A stretch of DNA of 58,661 nucleotides. It comes from Octopus bimaculoides. Lineage: Eukaryota. The stretch covers positions 36,190,929 through 36,249,589 of the forward strand of contig NC_068993.1 in the NCBI RefSeq assembly GCF_001194135.2, written 5' to 3'. The position numbers and the translations under genes were made by a program. Of the stretch, positions 36,400-50,230 are shown one piece after another. The notes beneath the pieces are model-generated. The model was given only the letters and a program-made list of their open reading frames with translations. It did not search any database and was not told the DNA's origin. Every line of letters starts with the position of its first letter. Position 1 is the first letter of the stretch.

Positions 36400-38110
36400 A
36401 GCCAGTGAGAACTGTAGTACTCGTCGATGGACACAATGCAGTGTTAGTGAGTGATAATGAACCATCAATCTTTTGGTCTGTAGTCTCTCATACCCTATCA
36501 AAACAATTACCCATGATTCTCTCAAAACAATTACTCATGATTCATTCACCATCTCAGTATGCAAACAAAATGCAATTTGAACTCAGAACTAGAAACTAAT
36601 GAAACAATCTTTAAGTTATTCTGTTTATTAATTAATTTCGTTATTTAAGGTATCTAACTTACCAACTCATGCTACTTATTTAGAGCTAGTTGAACTGAGC
36701 CAGCAAGAGTGCTGGTGATGAAATATAACATCCTTATTCACTTAGCCTGCTGTCTTGCTAAATAACTACCACCATCGGCTGATATTTATTAAATAATACA
36801 ATGAAATGACCAAAACAATAAATTAAAAAGATTTCTAATTCAAAAATAGCATTATATAAAATAAGATTATGAATCAGCAAAAGAAATCCATAGAAATCAA
36901 ACACAAGGCAGAAATCCTTATAAACTATTCTCAATAATGAGGTTAGGCTGCAAAATAGATATTCTGGACAAGTAAGATTATTGTTCCTCCCATCCAGCTG
37001 CTTTCTTAGAAAAGAACTTCAAGAATCCTTGAAAGATTTTAACAATTGGCCAATGCTGCAAAGATATTGCTACACAGGAAAGATAAAACACTCAAACTGC
37101 TTCTTCGCTTCTTGCATGTTCTTAGACATCTTTCTAATGAAATACTTGTGGTACTTCCTTTTGTGTCAGAAATGTAGAATATATGAAACAGATGGGGGAA
37201 TATTTATGATACAAAGAAAAACAAGCCAGCAGAAGTAGTCAATGATATGCTTTAACAATAGAAGGGAAAGTTCCAGTTGTGATTCAATGCAAACAATATT
37301 TTCTATTTATAATTATTATTGTTTTTGTTGTCATTTCTTTCATTCTGTCTTTCTCCAATTGTTTACTCGCTTGTTGGAAAAGTGTTGCAAGAATGATGAA
37401 CAAATGCCAACACTCCAAACCAACTCCAGACAGAAATATTTTTTTGGATACTGAAAGATGTTCAGTTCTTGGGTAGCAGAGCATCAATAGAAAGTTAATT
37501 AAAACACTTGCAGACATGTTATAGATTTTAATGGTCCGATTGCTTAAAGTCATTTCCTTTTGGCACCAGTTGCCACTGTAAATGTCATCAATAGCCAGAC
37601 ACAAGGAACTGTAAGTTAATCTAATTAAATATGTAGTGGAATGGATTCCTGTCTATTTTTTTTCTTTAAAGACATCTGTATCTTTAGAAAATAATGAAAA
37701 AACAATTATACCAACCTTCTTTTCACTAACAAACTGACAATAACACTATGATGTTTCATACCAGCCTGTGATAGTATCTATTAAGCAACACAGCAGGTTA
37801 ACTGAATAAGGATGTTATATCCCGTCACAAGCATTCTCACTGGCTCAGTTCAACTAGCTCTAAATAAGTAATGTGAGTCGGTGCAACCAAAATCTGTAAA
37901 CAATGAAATTTACAAACTCTATAAATTGATGATTGCTTCATTAGTATTTGAAACTGGGTTCAATTTGCATTTTGTCTATATACTAAGGTGGAAAATAGAT
38001 CAAGGGTAATTGTTTTGATAGGGTATTAGAGACAACAGACCAAAAGGTTGATGGTTTATTATTAGTCCCTGGCAGTGCAAGAGTCCTACAAACTTCTCTG
38101 ACTATGGATT
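36400..38110. mobile_element. Old element with long (about 350-400 bp) imperfect terminal inverted repeats; superfamily not assignable
   Basis: Blocks at about 36440-36520, 36560-36610 and 36670-36785 pair in nested order with about 38000-38070, 37930-37975 and 37760-37870. Confidence 0.75.
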
Positions 38111-39098
38111 GTGTGTTCAGCTTTTACAACTACCAAGAAGCTAATGATAAGAAGCAAGATTTAAACATAGGATACCAAAAGGCAGAATGGATACCACAAA
38201 CCATTTACTTTTATGCTATAATAATTCTGTCAATCAACCAACCTCGAATGGTACTTAACTCATTGAATAAAAAGGATGAAAGACTAAGTTGACATCAGTA
38301 ATATTTGAAATCAGAACACAGAGACCCAGAACAAACACTTACATGGCATTTTATTCAATGTTCCAATGACTACCAATTTATCACATTCTTGCAAATCAGA
38401 CCCGGCTATCATTAATAAAGAAGGAAAAACACATTTTAGATGATGCAGTCCTAAATATAGTGTCTTTTATCTGACTTGTTTCAGTCATTGGACATTGGTC
38501 ATGCTGGAGCACCACCTTGAAGGAGTTTACTTGAAAAAATTGACCCCAGTACTTATGTTTTTGTTTTTTAAGTCCAGCACATATTCTATCAGTCTCTTTT
38601 GCTAAACTGCTAAATTACAGGGTCATAAACAAACTAACACTGGTTGTGAAGCAATAACTGAAAAAAATAATAAAATGAAAGAAGAACAGGCTAGAAGGTC
38701 TCTGGACATAGTTTTGTTGGATCAAAGCTGGCCTGGGGCTAAACCACAACTGAATGTTGTGTTACTATAGACTAAAGCAAGTAGTAGAGTCAGTAATTTT
38801 CCACTACTAATTAATCTCTATTGATTTGTTTAATACTGAATTACATGATTTTGTCTCTACAAGCTTAAACTGTTTGTTGTAGCCGGCAGTTTTTATGAGT
38901 GAGAAATAGATAAACTATCAGAACACACAAGTTGGCTGTGCAAATTATCAAATTTTTGTTTATCTTGTGTGTCTCTCTGTGTCACTTATATGTAGCAGAA
39001 GCTAAAGTTAACTATTTCTTGAATCTAGGATGTCCACTGGGGCTGATAATAATACTTCTTGATTCTCATTTCTATAATAAGTGTTAGGCAAGAGAGAA

Positions 39099-39108
39099 NN
39101 NNNNNNNN
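39099..39108. other. Assembly gap (10 N) next to a G run
   Basis: N run. Confidence 1.
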
Positions 39109-42100
39109 GGGGGGGGGGAGAAAAGACAAGAGAGATCCCTTTGGAAAGGATGTTAGACTTTTGTAAAGTAACCTTCATACAGACAGACTGGAATAACTCA
39201 TCTTGGCCCCTCAACTTTTTGAAAGAGTCATAGGGGTGCCAGCATTTTTAGACCTGCAAGAGTGTATCCAGGTTTGATCAAGACCAATTTCTTCCAGAAG
39301 AGAGAAAGACAGAAATAAGAACTGACCCCAGTACAAAACTGATAATTTGTTTATTGACCCCAAAAGGATGATAACAAAGCTGACCTAGACAGGATTTGAA
39401 CTCAGAGTGTATAGAGCCAGAATGGTTAGTACAAAGTAAACTATCCAGCTTTCTAATGACCTGCCAGTTTGCCATCTATTGACATGTCTGTGAACCAAAA
39501 GTCTTCTACTTTGTCTTTGCAGTCAGGATGTTTTGCAAACTATCATATTTAATATACATATTAAATATATACACCACATGTTAGCTGTTAGATAAACTTT
39601 ATATTACATTGCACTTTTACTTTTGCATAATTAATTTAATATTTCTTATTTTATTCCTTTGCTAATTATTTCGACCATTGCAAGAATCCAAATGACTCCA
39701 AAAAAATAATTTAATATTCATAAATGTAGCATTTATTTGGTAAATAATCATATGTTTCGCATTACTATGTGATTTGGTTACTCACCAGGGATACAAAAAA
39801 ATGTCTATAATTCTTCCTGTTATTTGTTAATAAAATGAAGTTTTGAAATTATAAATATTTTGATGAACAGGGAATTGGCAAAAATAGCAGAGTTGAAGTT
39901 CAAGTCACATTAAGGTTGAACTAAGCTTTGATGTCTCAGGGGATTAATAAAATAAATACCAAGCAACTACCTTGTTGCACAAGTTACTATCATCATCGTC
40001 ATTTACATCCATTTTTCAATGCTGGTATGTGTTAGATGGATTGTCTCAGTTCAAGTCAGTCAGTCATGACTCTTACACAGCTTTTGAGACAGAGATTAAT
40101 CTTCAATGTTGAAAGGAGTAAGATGTGACTTCAAGTCACATCTCTGTTGCATCATTGTAAAAAAGAAAAAAAACAAGGGGACCCTGCACTGAAGTGGGCT
40201 AAACGATTTAGCTGCTTTTTCCTGCAAGTCAAGTGACCACATAGAGGCTTACTCATTGGCTTATGATTTACTTATTAATCTATAAGGGTGATAAATCTCA
40301 GAAATTAGGAAATAATTTGTTGAGCTGAGTCAGAAACTCAGTTAATATTTACCTTCACATGGTTCACAATTACTTTGGGGAAAGGCATGAAAAATCAAAA
40401 CTTCACACTGGCCCTTCTCATACCAAAAATTTTAAGCTACATCCATATTTGCATGTAAGTATGAAAGTATGATAAGACAACAAATGTACAATGAAATAAG
40501 AAGGCAAGGAAACAAACAAGCAGAATCAAAGTATTACACAGAACTCCATGTGGTACTCTGTTCCTCTGCATTTTGAGTTCAAATGCTGCTGAAGTAAATT
40601 GCTTTTATCCTTTCAGGGTTGATAAATAAAGAAGTAACAGGCAAGTAGTTGGGTCACTTCTGTTCTCTCTCTCTCTTTGTCGTTCTCATTCGTTTCCTTT
40701 CTCTGCCCACCTCTCTCTCTCTCCTTCTCTGCATTACACATGCAATTCAAAGGCCCAGTGTTGTCACATTGTGTTTTACTGATTCAGCCTGAGAATCATA
40801 TTAATAGTACACGTGTCTGTAGAATACTCAGCCACTGACACATTAATTTAATGAATAAGAAATTCAGTTGATCTAACAATTGCAAGCACATCAGTGAGAA
40901 GTCATCAGCAGTTAGAAAGAAGCAACACAAAAACATCATCTCTATACATTCCTCCTATTTCCCTATGGTAATGTCATAGCAAAATTCATTTGCAAGTCAA
41001 AATATGATAATTTTCTTTTCTAAAAGCATCACTAAGTAATAAATATAGAAAATGCATAATGAAAATATGCAAAACCTGATGAATGATAATACAAATCTAT
41101 TTGATAAAAACTTCTGAGTAATGTAAACTATATTTCGGCATATGAAATTAACTTCAAACTACTAACATTATGGTTACATATTTATGACAAATGACTGACT
41201 TAGAAAATGCTTTTAATTAAATCAAGATAAAATACATTACAGGCTTTTACTTTCAAACTTGGAAATAACTCATTTTTTGTAACTTTTTTTTTTCATACTA
41301 CTACATAGGGGGTAATTTTTTGCATATCTCAGCATTTACAATCTGCATAGAAAAAGTGTTGCAAATTTGCATACAAAAACAAATATAGTGATGTAGAAAA
41401 AATATTATCACAGCTTTGATCACAAATTTCTGTAATAAAAAATGAAAGGGAAAAAAAACAATAATAAATAACAATAAATGTAAAAATTTAGATTTGTATT
41501 CTTGGACTTTTTCTCTTTTTTTTTTTTTTTTTTTTAAATTTGACTCATCCCCATCATCAGTGAAACAGATGAGAAATTAATTCTGAGTAAAAGGTGTGTC
41601 ACAAATCATATCTATAAATAAGTGTAATGACTATCTTCTTTGCTAGAAGTCTGCTTATTAAAAAACAAGGTGTTATGGTCTCATGAAGCTTATTATCCTA
41701 GATTTAATACTACTGAAAAGTTAAGAAGCAATTCTGTTACTGAGTGGGGGTTGTAAGTAGTATGCTTCTTTCTCTATAAGAAGACTTCACACAGCAAACT
41801 AATTAAACATCTATTAGTAATACAATGCTCTCATCACTTACAGCAAAGGATATTTCATCATCATCATCATAACCATCTTTCCTACTTACCAAAACTTTTA
41901 TCTATGCTAAGTTTACCTCAAGACCTCTTGATCTAGTTTTAGCTTCCATGCCTGGAATTTCCATTCTAATTCCCCTATAGATTCAGATATGTGAACTAGA
42001 CCATCAGTGTACAGGAAGGAGTTCCCATGGACAGCCAGTTATAAACTTCTATGTGATAACTTGTAAGACGATGATGAATAGAAGGAGGCTGAAGATTGAG

Positions 42101-43189
42101 CCTTGATAGACTCCAATACACATATATGTCTGTAAATTTTAAAAGGAAGAAGTTGATAGTGACTTCAAAGTTTCAGCTTCACCAGACTGTAATATACTTT
42201 GATTCTTTCAAGCTTTAAATAGTCTTTGGTTGTTTTTTTTCTTTTTGGTGGGGGTGTTCATTTTTTGGTTGGAGAAACAATGTGAATTAGGTGTGGTGTA
42301 GGTAGACAGAGTAAGTAGTAGTGTAAGGAGAGACAAATAGAGGCAAATAGAAGGACAGTATGTGGTGTAGGATGTAGGTTGATAAAGAAGTATGGTGAAG
42401 AGATTTATTTTGGTTTGATGAGGAATTTTGTTACTGTTTAGGGTTCAGTCAGGCATAGAAGTAAATGTGTCATATTCAGGTCACAACATTCTTTGTATAT
42501 AAGGTAGTTTTGTTGTGGGTTTGACATATGGATGTTTGTAGAGTTGGCCATTCAGCACAGGTCAGACAGGGTTTGAATTTGGTGTTGTTTCATTAGCTTT
42601 CTATTAAGAAATTTTAAACTGAGTATTTTTGGAAGATTTGGACTAAGGAGATTATGTAACTATGAATAGGTGGTGCTCTAGTATGGCCACAGTCAAATGA
42701 TAGAAACAACTAAAAGGATAAAAGAATATACACACACACTACTACTTGACTTATGCATGTTTGTGCATAGTCTCAGTTGGTCAAGGTTGTCCAAATCAGT
42801 ACATGTATGCACTGGTCAGGTGAAGATTCTTTGAGCAAAACTGACAGTTGCCCATACCTTCAAGTCTCCCCACTTTGTGTCACTAATGTTTATCAAAGGG
42901 AAAGGCCACCAATTTGAGGCAGAGCAGGTAGACACTAGTGTCACTGCCAGGCACTGCTATCATAATGAAGTAACCACAAGATATTTCCACCAAGCCTCTA
43001 ACCATTTTACCATTCCACCACCCTGAATTAGTACATTTTTATCAACCTCAGAACAATGAAAGGCAGAGTTGACCTCAGCCAGATTGGAACTCACTGTGCA
43101 GAAAGTCAGAACATGCACCACAAACCATTCCATCTGATGCTTTAATGACTCTGCCAATTCCCCTTTGCAAGTGTGTGTGTCTGTATCCT

Positions 43190-43420
43190 CATCATCATCA
43201 TCAATATTTAATGTCCATTTTCCATGCTAGCATGGGTTGGATGGCTTGACAGGAACTGGCAAAGCCAGGGGCCACACCAGTTTATATTGTCAATTTTGGC
43301 TTGGTTTCTAAAGCTGGATGCCCTTCCTAACACCAACCACTTTACAGAGTGTACTGGGTACATTTTATGTGGCACCAGCACCCATGTCAATGCTTTTTAC
43401 ATGGCACCTTTTATAAGCAC
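43190..43420 (-). mobile_element. Family C repeat
   Basis: catcatcatc...ccatgctagcatgggttgg...ggatgcccttcctaacaccaaccac. Confidence 0.8.
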
Positions 43421-44576
43421 ACACATATATACATACACATATGTATATAAAAACATGCATACACACACACATATAAACATACATATATACACACATATAT
43501 ATAAATACACATATGTATGCATGCATGTAGTTGCACACACTATACACACGCACACTATCAGGTGGTATCAGTTTCCAGCTATTTAAAATTAGTCACTAAG
43601 AGTTAGATAACTTGAGTATCAATAAAGTTTAGTGTATTACTGCTGAGAGGCTGAACAAACTATGAGTCTTAGGTTCAGGCAACTAAGGTCTCATCAACAC
43701 ACAGTTAAAATCAAACTGTGTTTTTAAATTCCAGTTGAAGTGTCAATAACTATTATCATATCCATGACTAAAATATGCTACTCAACTGGCTCAGTCTATC
43801 TACTTAAATATAAGTAGTAAACAGAAATGCAGTTCATTGTAGCAAGAAGCAGAAGCACAGTATAACTGCAGAGTATTTCATTACTTGGTAATGCTAACTT
43901 ACAATTATTGGATTTGGGTCAAAATATTATATAGTTGTTAAGATAATGTTGATATGTGAGACTATCAGGATATCAAAGACAACCAACTGAGGGCAGATTG
44001 TTTTATATCATCTAAATAGATACTATGAGCCAATGAGACTGACTCTGTGTAGTCAGTTGATGTGCTAGAAATAGCAAACTATCAATGGCAATATGGATGA
44101 ATGCAATAGTTAATTATTCTAGATACATAATATCTGGGAATAAGATAGCTATGACAAGAATGCTTTTGAATAAAGACCTCCTTGATTAGGATTGACCTGG
44201 GGCTAAACAGTACTTCTAACATAAGGTCACAAATCTGCTGGGAAGAAAACTGTCAATTACATCATCTTCAATATTTGACTAGTACTTTATTTCATTGCCC
44301 TCAGTGGGATTTGAACTCAAAATGCAATGAGCCAGATCAAATACACCAAGGCATTTGTCCAACACCCCCATGATTTTGCCATTCCACTACTCTAAATCTA
44401 GGGCTAAATAATGTTCATAATATGGAAGTGCTTGCAGAGCCAACTTCAGTTTAACTTGAAGAGAAGATTAAATTTTAATATTCTAGCAACATATCCAGGG
44501 AGAGATATAACTCTCATCTGATAAATGAAACAGAAGTCAGAGATTAATATTGATTGCACCAAGTAGTGGCTTTATA

Positions 44577-45489
44577 CTGGGTCATCCCATAAATAAGGTG
44601 GTCTTTTTCAATTGCATGAACTAAAAGAGGGAGAGAGTCAGTATAAACTACTTGCATCAACTTGCTATAAAAGCAGGTAGCAATTTTACTTTGTCCTTAT
44701 TCTTAGTGCAAGTTTTGAGGAGTACAGTTTTATTTTAACAGTTATTTTTTCAAAGCTATAATGAATGTGACAAAGAAACACATTTGGCATATTTTGCTTT
44801 ATGAGTTCAATAATGGTAATGACGCAACAGAAAGTGTGAGGAATATTATTGCAGTATATGAGGATCAGACAATAAGCGTAAGCTAGTGTCAACAGTGATT
44901 CCAGAAATTCTGAGCCAGAAACTACAACCTAGAAGATGAGCCTCATCCTGGAAACTTGATGAGGACTTCCTGCAAACTCTGGTGGAACAAAATTCCACCG
45001 TAACCGTTGAGGAACTAGCAGAGAAGCTTGGATTTGGTCATTCAACCATTCATCAACACCCGTGTGCCATCAGAAAATGACCATCTTTGGTTTCAAGACA
45101 AAAGGTGTTCTTCCATCAGGATAATGCTCAGCCACATACAGTGAGGATGACATTCCAAACGCTGGAGCAGTTTGAACAGAAAACGATGCTCTACCCACCA
45201 TATTCTCTGGACATTGCCCCATCTGATTATCATTTATTCTGCAGTCTTCAAAATCATTTGGATGGTAAAAATATGAATTCTGTAGATGAGGTCAGAACAA
45301 TATTGGAGGAGTATTTTTCATCACGGACAAGTGAATTTAGGAAGAGGAGCCTTGCAAGTCCAGATGGATGGAAGAGCATTGTAGAAAACGAAGGAGAGAA
45401 AATCTTAGATTAAAAAAGAACTTTGTTTATCTTAATTTTGACAAATAAAAGAAGTATGAAAAAACCACATTATTTATGAGATGACCCAA
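44577..45489 (+). mobile_element. Internally deleted mariner transposon (transposase pseudogene)
   Basis: TIRs (c/t)tgggtcatc(c/t)cataaataa with TA at 44575-44576 and 45490-45491. ORF 45087..45413 has FHQDNAQPH and YSLDIAPSDYHLF (second and third Asp region of D,D34D). The N-terminal HIWHILLYEF-like part is frameshifted and the first catalytic Asp region is deleted. Confidence 0.93.
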
Positions 45490-45922
45490 TATTTCATTCA
45501 TATTCACATTTGTTCTCACCCCAATCACCCACACTTCCATAATCTGTAAGTTATAATATCATAGTATATCAAATATATATACATATATATGAGAAAAAAG
45601 AAAATAGAGAAATCGATGTATAGACATAAGTTCATAAAAATGACATTTTTATCCCATTTTATATTGATTGGAATATCTTTGAATAAACTGATGTCTATAT
45701 GTCAATTTCTCCGTTTTCTTCTTTTTTCTCATTCATAAATATTTAAATACCAATATACATTAATGCAAAACTGAAGTATTTAGTTTTCACTGAACACTGG
45801 TATAAACCAGAGAACTAGGATGCAAATATCTCTTAAAGGATTATAGGTCCTTGGCATAAATTACATATATATATAAGTATTATACTGTATATGTAGTATT
45901 ATATATAATGGGTTATAATTAT

Positions 45923-46092
45923 AACCTAATAAAATGCTTGCAGTGGATTTGAAGTTAAAGAGTTTCTATTTGCAGTTCAATACCTTATTCACTCTGCTAT
46001 CTTGTAGTAACAAAATAGCAGAGTGAATAAGGTATTTAACTGCAAATAGAAACTCTTTAACTTCAAATCCACTGCAAGCATTTTATTAGGTT
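45923..46092. repeat. Near-perfect 170-bp palindrome/hairpin
   Basis: 78-bp arms with one mismatch (45978); the 14-nt spacer cttgtagtaacaaa adds 4 more base pairs. Confidence 0.97.
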
Positions 46093-46519
46093 TCTATGTG
46101 GGATACTCTGTTTGACATGCCTCAGTTAACCCACCTGTTAGTAATAGGCACCAGATCATCTGAGAATGTTGCCTGTGATAGATTAATATTCTACACTGTC
46201 TATCTCTATTCACTGTCATTCCATTGAATTTTGTCCATGGTTGACATTGATATGATTTTAGGATCTAAAATTTCCACCTGCCATTGGAACATCCTTAGAA
46301 ACACAAGTTGAAAGCTTCATGTCACTAAACAGTTTTAGGGGACTGCTTCTATTTATACTAAAACTCGGTTGTAGCTGTGTCATTTCATGTAGATTTAGTA
46401 TTTTAATTCTATCAGTGAGGTTTTAACCAGTAACCCGGTTAACAAGAAGAAATGTATCCTGTATCAAAAACAAAGAAGAAGAATTTCTCTAATACTGCAG
46501 TAAAATTTTCCACAATCCT

Positions 46520-46620
46520 TAATGCTAGATATAGTAGCCAACTCTCCCTCAAGTCACACTTGCCTGTCTTAAATAAAGGAAGCACATATTGTATCATATA
46601 CCCCTAGTTCAGCTTTTGAA
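46520..46620 (+). mobile_element. Family D fragment, closely similar to 48695-48790
   Basis: gctagatatag(t/c)agccaactctc...aaaggaagcacatattgtatcatata shared by both copies. Confidence 0.7.
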
Positions 46621-47339
46621 TAATACATCAAGGACAAATCAGTTTAGTAAATTCCAACCCTTTAGAAAGATGTCAGTAATGGCTACAAAATGTAAGATAA
46701 ATTGACTCAACTAAAATTCAAACCTTCATTACAGAGTGAGCTTCACAAATGCTTACCATTTCTCTACAGAGTAATTATATTTAAATGCAATATATTAAAC
46801 CCCAAGAGAAATATGGCAACAAAATGGTTAGATTTCCCAGAACTACCATTAATACTTGCGCAAGATTCATAAAGTCAATGTTAAAACAGTGCAAAAAGAA
46901 TTGCATCAAATTTCAGGTGTCACAAAACAGAATCAGATGTTATTCTTGTTTATAACCCTAGAAACTGTGTCATCCAGTTCTAGTGAGTCACAAATACAAG
47001 CAACAAACAAATAAATAATAGTGGAACTATGTGAATTAGAGAGAGATGCTGATAATTTGACTTGCACCATAGAATTACTCATAGCATAATATGGATTTTG
47101 TAGGCAACATTAACTTGCCTTAAAGATTGAGTGCAAGTGAAATGAGATTAACAGCTGGAATTCTCTGACTCAATTCCAACCATTCTGAGGGTTGACTTTA
47201 GCCAGTTTTTCTTTCTAACAACAAAATGGACATTTTCATAGCCTTTTCCCAGTGGTTTGAAAGTAAAACAAGGGAAACTGAAACCCAGAACTATACCAAC
47301 TAGCATCACTCTATCATTACAAGAACTGATTTTTTGAAA

Positions 47340-48181
47340 TCTACTACATATGTGGGAAATTCTGTCTGTGGGTGTATTTGTGGAGTTGTTAGCTAACTCC
47401 TCCTACTTCGTTTTATCGATTTTGATGAAACTTGATACATGAGCAGAACTCTTGTCAGGAAACCTTATGACATACTCAGATTGTTGAAAAAATCGATAAT
47501 AGGGCCCCTGGAAGGGATCCTTATATATAGCCAAGGGAAATAACCCATTCATTTTCCTAAATTATTTGTTAAAAAGGAAATTGAGTATGCTTATTTCATA
47601 GTATTTGAACTGTTAGAGTTATTTTTGCAATTTATCCAATACAACCCTTAAACAAGTAAATCATATTTTCTTAAAAATTAGATCCACTTATTTCAGTTTG
47701 TGACTTATTCACGAATAAACCAACACTAGCACCCCTGAGGGTAATATTCTCTGGGAATGCACAAAAGCCCTTTTCAGAGTTATTTACTTTGAATTGCTAT
47801 TATATCCGATTAGACTGTTATTACATAACATGCTTCACCATTTTAGTCTACATACCTTATTAGTATTTCCTCCTATGCTCTATATACTCTGGGAACGCAT
47901 TAAAGCCCTTTTTGGGGGCACTTTATTTGAATTCTTACTATCAGGTAATTAATTTCATGTTATTACATAACTGACTTCACAATTTGGGTATTCATAACTT
48001 ATTGGGAATTCCTAAAAACAAGATCCTGTGTAAGACAGTTTGGCATTCTCTGTAAATGCACAAAAACTGCTTTAAGGGCTACATACTTTGTATTGTTGTT
48101 ATTGGATTAGCGAAACAATTATGAGAACAGAACCAAGGGATAATCCCCACTTTCCCAGGAATTACCAGATATGTCAGCTAG
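47340..48181 (+). mobile_element. Non-autonomous Helitron
   Basis: 5' TC preceded by A (47339) and 3' CTAG followed by T (48182). CpG-decayed subterminal hairpin cccaggaattaccaga, a 5' tctgtctgtg...cgattttgatgaaactt motif, and three imperfect internal repeats about 140-160 bp apart. Confidence 0.75.
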
Positions 48182-49035
48182 TAGAAAGATAAAGCAAAGA
48201 TGAAAACAAAAGCATGGAGAACAAAAGATGCAATAATAGCAATCACACCCACTGTCAACTTTTCGTGGCCATTTTTGTTCCTGTCTGTTTCACATGAGGA
48301 TTCACCATTTGAAGTCATCAATGACATCAGCATGGAGGAACCACTCGATCAGGATGATATTGAAATACTTGGACACAAGAAACAATCAAAGTAAATAGTG
48401 AGCCGCTGAGCCAATGTGTATAAGGTAGACAGTTCATCTAACTTTTAGTGGTAATGTATGTAGGGACAATGCCTAAGGAGTGGAAAGGGACCATGTGTTG
48501 ACAACAGGAAGGAACAGTAGCGTGAAGTAAACGAGGAAAGATATGGAGAAGTGATTGAGGGTGGCTCCAAGTTAGATTGATTCCAGGAACAATATGATGT
48601 TAAATTGTGTAGAATGGCAGTAGCACCAAGCCATGCTGCAGACCCACTCAAACTAGGCCAAAAAGCAAAAAACAAGCCATAATAGTCTTTCATTTTGCTA
48701 GATATAGCAGCCAACTCTCTCTCAAGTTACACACACCTGTCTTAAACAAAGGAAGCACATATTGTATCATATAATCCTAGATATACTATGCCTGGGAAAA
48801 CAAAAAGTAAAACACATGATAAGGAGTGGAATTCCATTGAACAGGACTGAACTACAACTAAGCATCAACAGACATTAAAACAATGATGATGATGTTTCCT
48901 ACTAAGCATGATCAAAAGGGTTCCAAACATGACCAGCCTACTTGTAGGGGGTATATACAACTATAATGTGTCCTTTTACTTATTTAGGATGGTAGAGTGT
49001 GATACCACCACCCAAGTTTACACACACACATACAC

Positions 49036-49070
<35 letters not shown>

Positions 49071-49742
49071 NNNNNNNNNNNNNNNNNNNNNNNNNNNNNN
49101 NNNNNNNNNNNNNNNNNNNNNNNNNNNNNNNNNNNNNNNNNNNNNNNNNNNNNNNNNNNNNNNNNNNNNNNNNNNNNNNNNNNNNNNNNNNNNNNNNNNN
49201 NNNNNNNNNNNNNNNNNNNNNNNNNNNNNNNNNNNNNNNNNNNNNNNNNNNNNNNNNNNNNNNNNNNNNNNNNNNNNNNNNNNNNNNNNNNNNNNNNNNN
49301 NNNNNNNNNNNNNNNNNNNNNNNNNNNNNNNNNNNNNNNNNNNNNNNNNNNNNNNNNNNNNNNNNNNNNNNNNNNNNNNNNNNNNNNNNNNNNNNNNNNN
49401 NNNNNNNNNNNNNNNNNNNNNNNNNNNNNNNNNNNNNNNNNNNNNNNNNNNNNNNNNNNNNNNNNNNNNNNNNNNNNNNNNNNNNNNNNNNNNNNNNNNN
49501 NNNNNNNNNNNNNNNNNNNNNNNNNNNNNNNNNNNNNNNNNNNNNNNNNNNNNNNNNNNNNNNNNNNNNNNNNNNNNNNNNNNNNNNNNNNNNNNNNNNN
49601 NNNNNNNNNNNNNNNNNNNNNNNNNNNNNNNNNNNNNNNNNNNNNNNNNNNNNNNNNNNNNNNNNNNNNNNNNNNNNNNNNNNNNNNNNNNNNNNNNNNN
49701 NNNNNNNNNNNNNNNNNNNNNNNNNNNNNNNNNNNNNNNNNN
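49071..49742. other. Assembly gap (N) inside a (TA)n tract
   Basis: N run. Confidence 1.
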
Positions 49743-49813
<71 letters not shown>

Positions 49814-49909
49814 CACTCATATACATATAAACGAATATATACACACACATATATACGTATGTATATACATACACACACACACACATATATGCATATACAC
49901 ACATATACA

Positions 49910-50190
49910 CATTATCATCATTTAACGTCCGTTGTCGATGCTGGCATGGGTTAGACAGTTTGACCAGACTGGTAAGCTGAGGGGCTGCACCAGACTCCAG
50001 ACTGATTTGGCATGATTTCTACAGCTGGATACCCTTCCTAATGCCAACCACTCTGAGAGTGTAATAGGTGCTTTGCCACTGACACGAGTGCCAGTTGCAT
50101 GACACTATTATCTGCCACAACTACGATTTCACTTGGCTTGATGGGTCTTCTACTCAAGCACAGCATATTACCAAAGGTCTGTCATTTTGC
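49910..50190 (-). mobile_element. Family C repeat
   Basis: catcatttaacgtccg...gctggatacccttcctaatgccaaccactctgagag...ggcttgatgggtcttc. Confidence 0.8.
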
Positions 50191-50230
50191 CATTGCACAT
50201 ATATAGCTGTATGTGCATATATATACATAT

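Noticed and set aside
36222-36599. 125-aa ORF
   Set aside because: It spans a SINE end and the left TIR of the 36.4-38.1 kb element and has no recognisable domain.
41960-42660. Possible Penelope RT relic (GVPMDSQL, resembling GVAMGSPL)
   Set aside because: Only one weak motif amid stops; too degraded to call.
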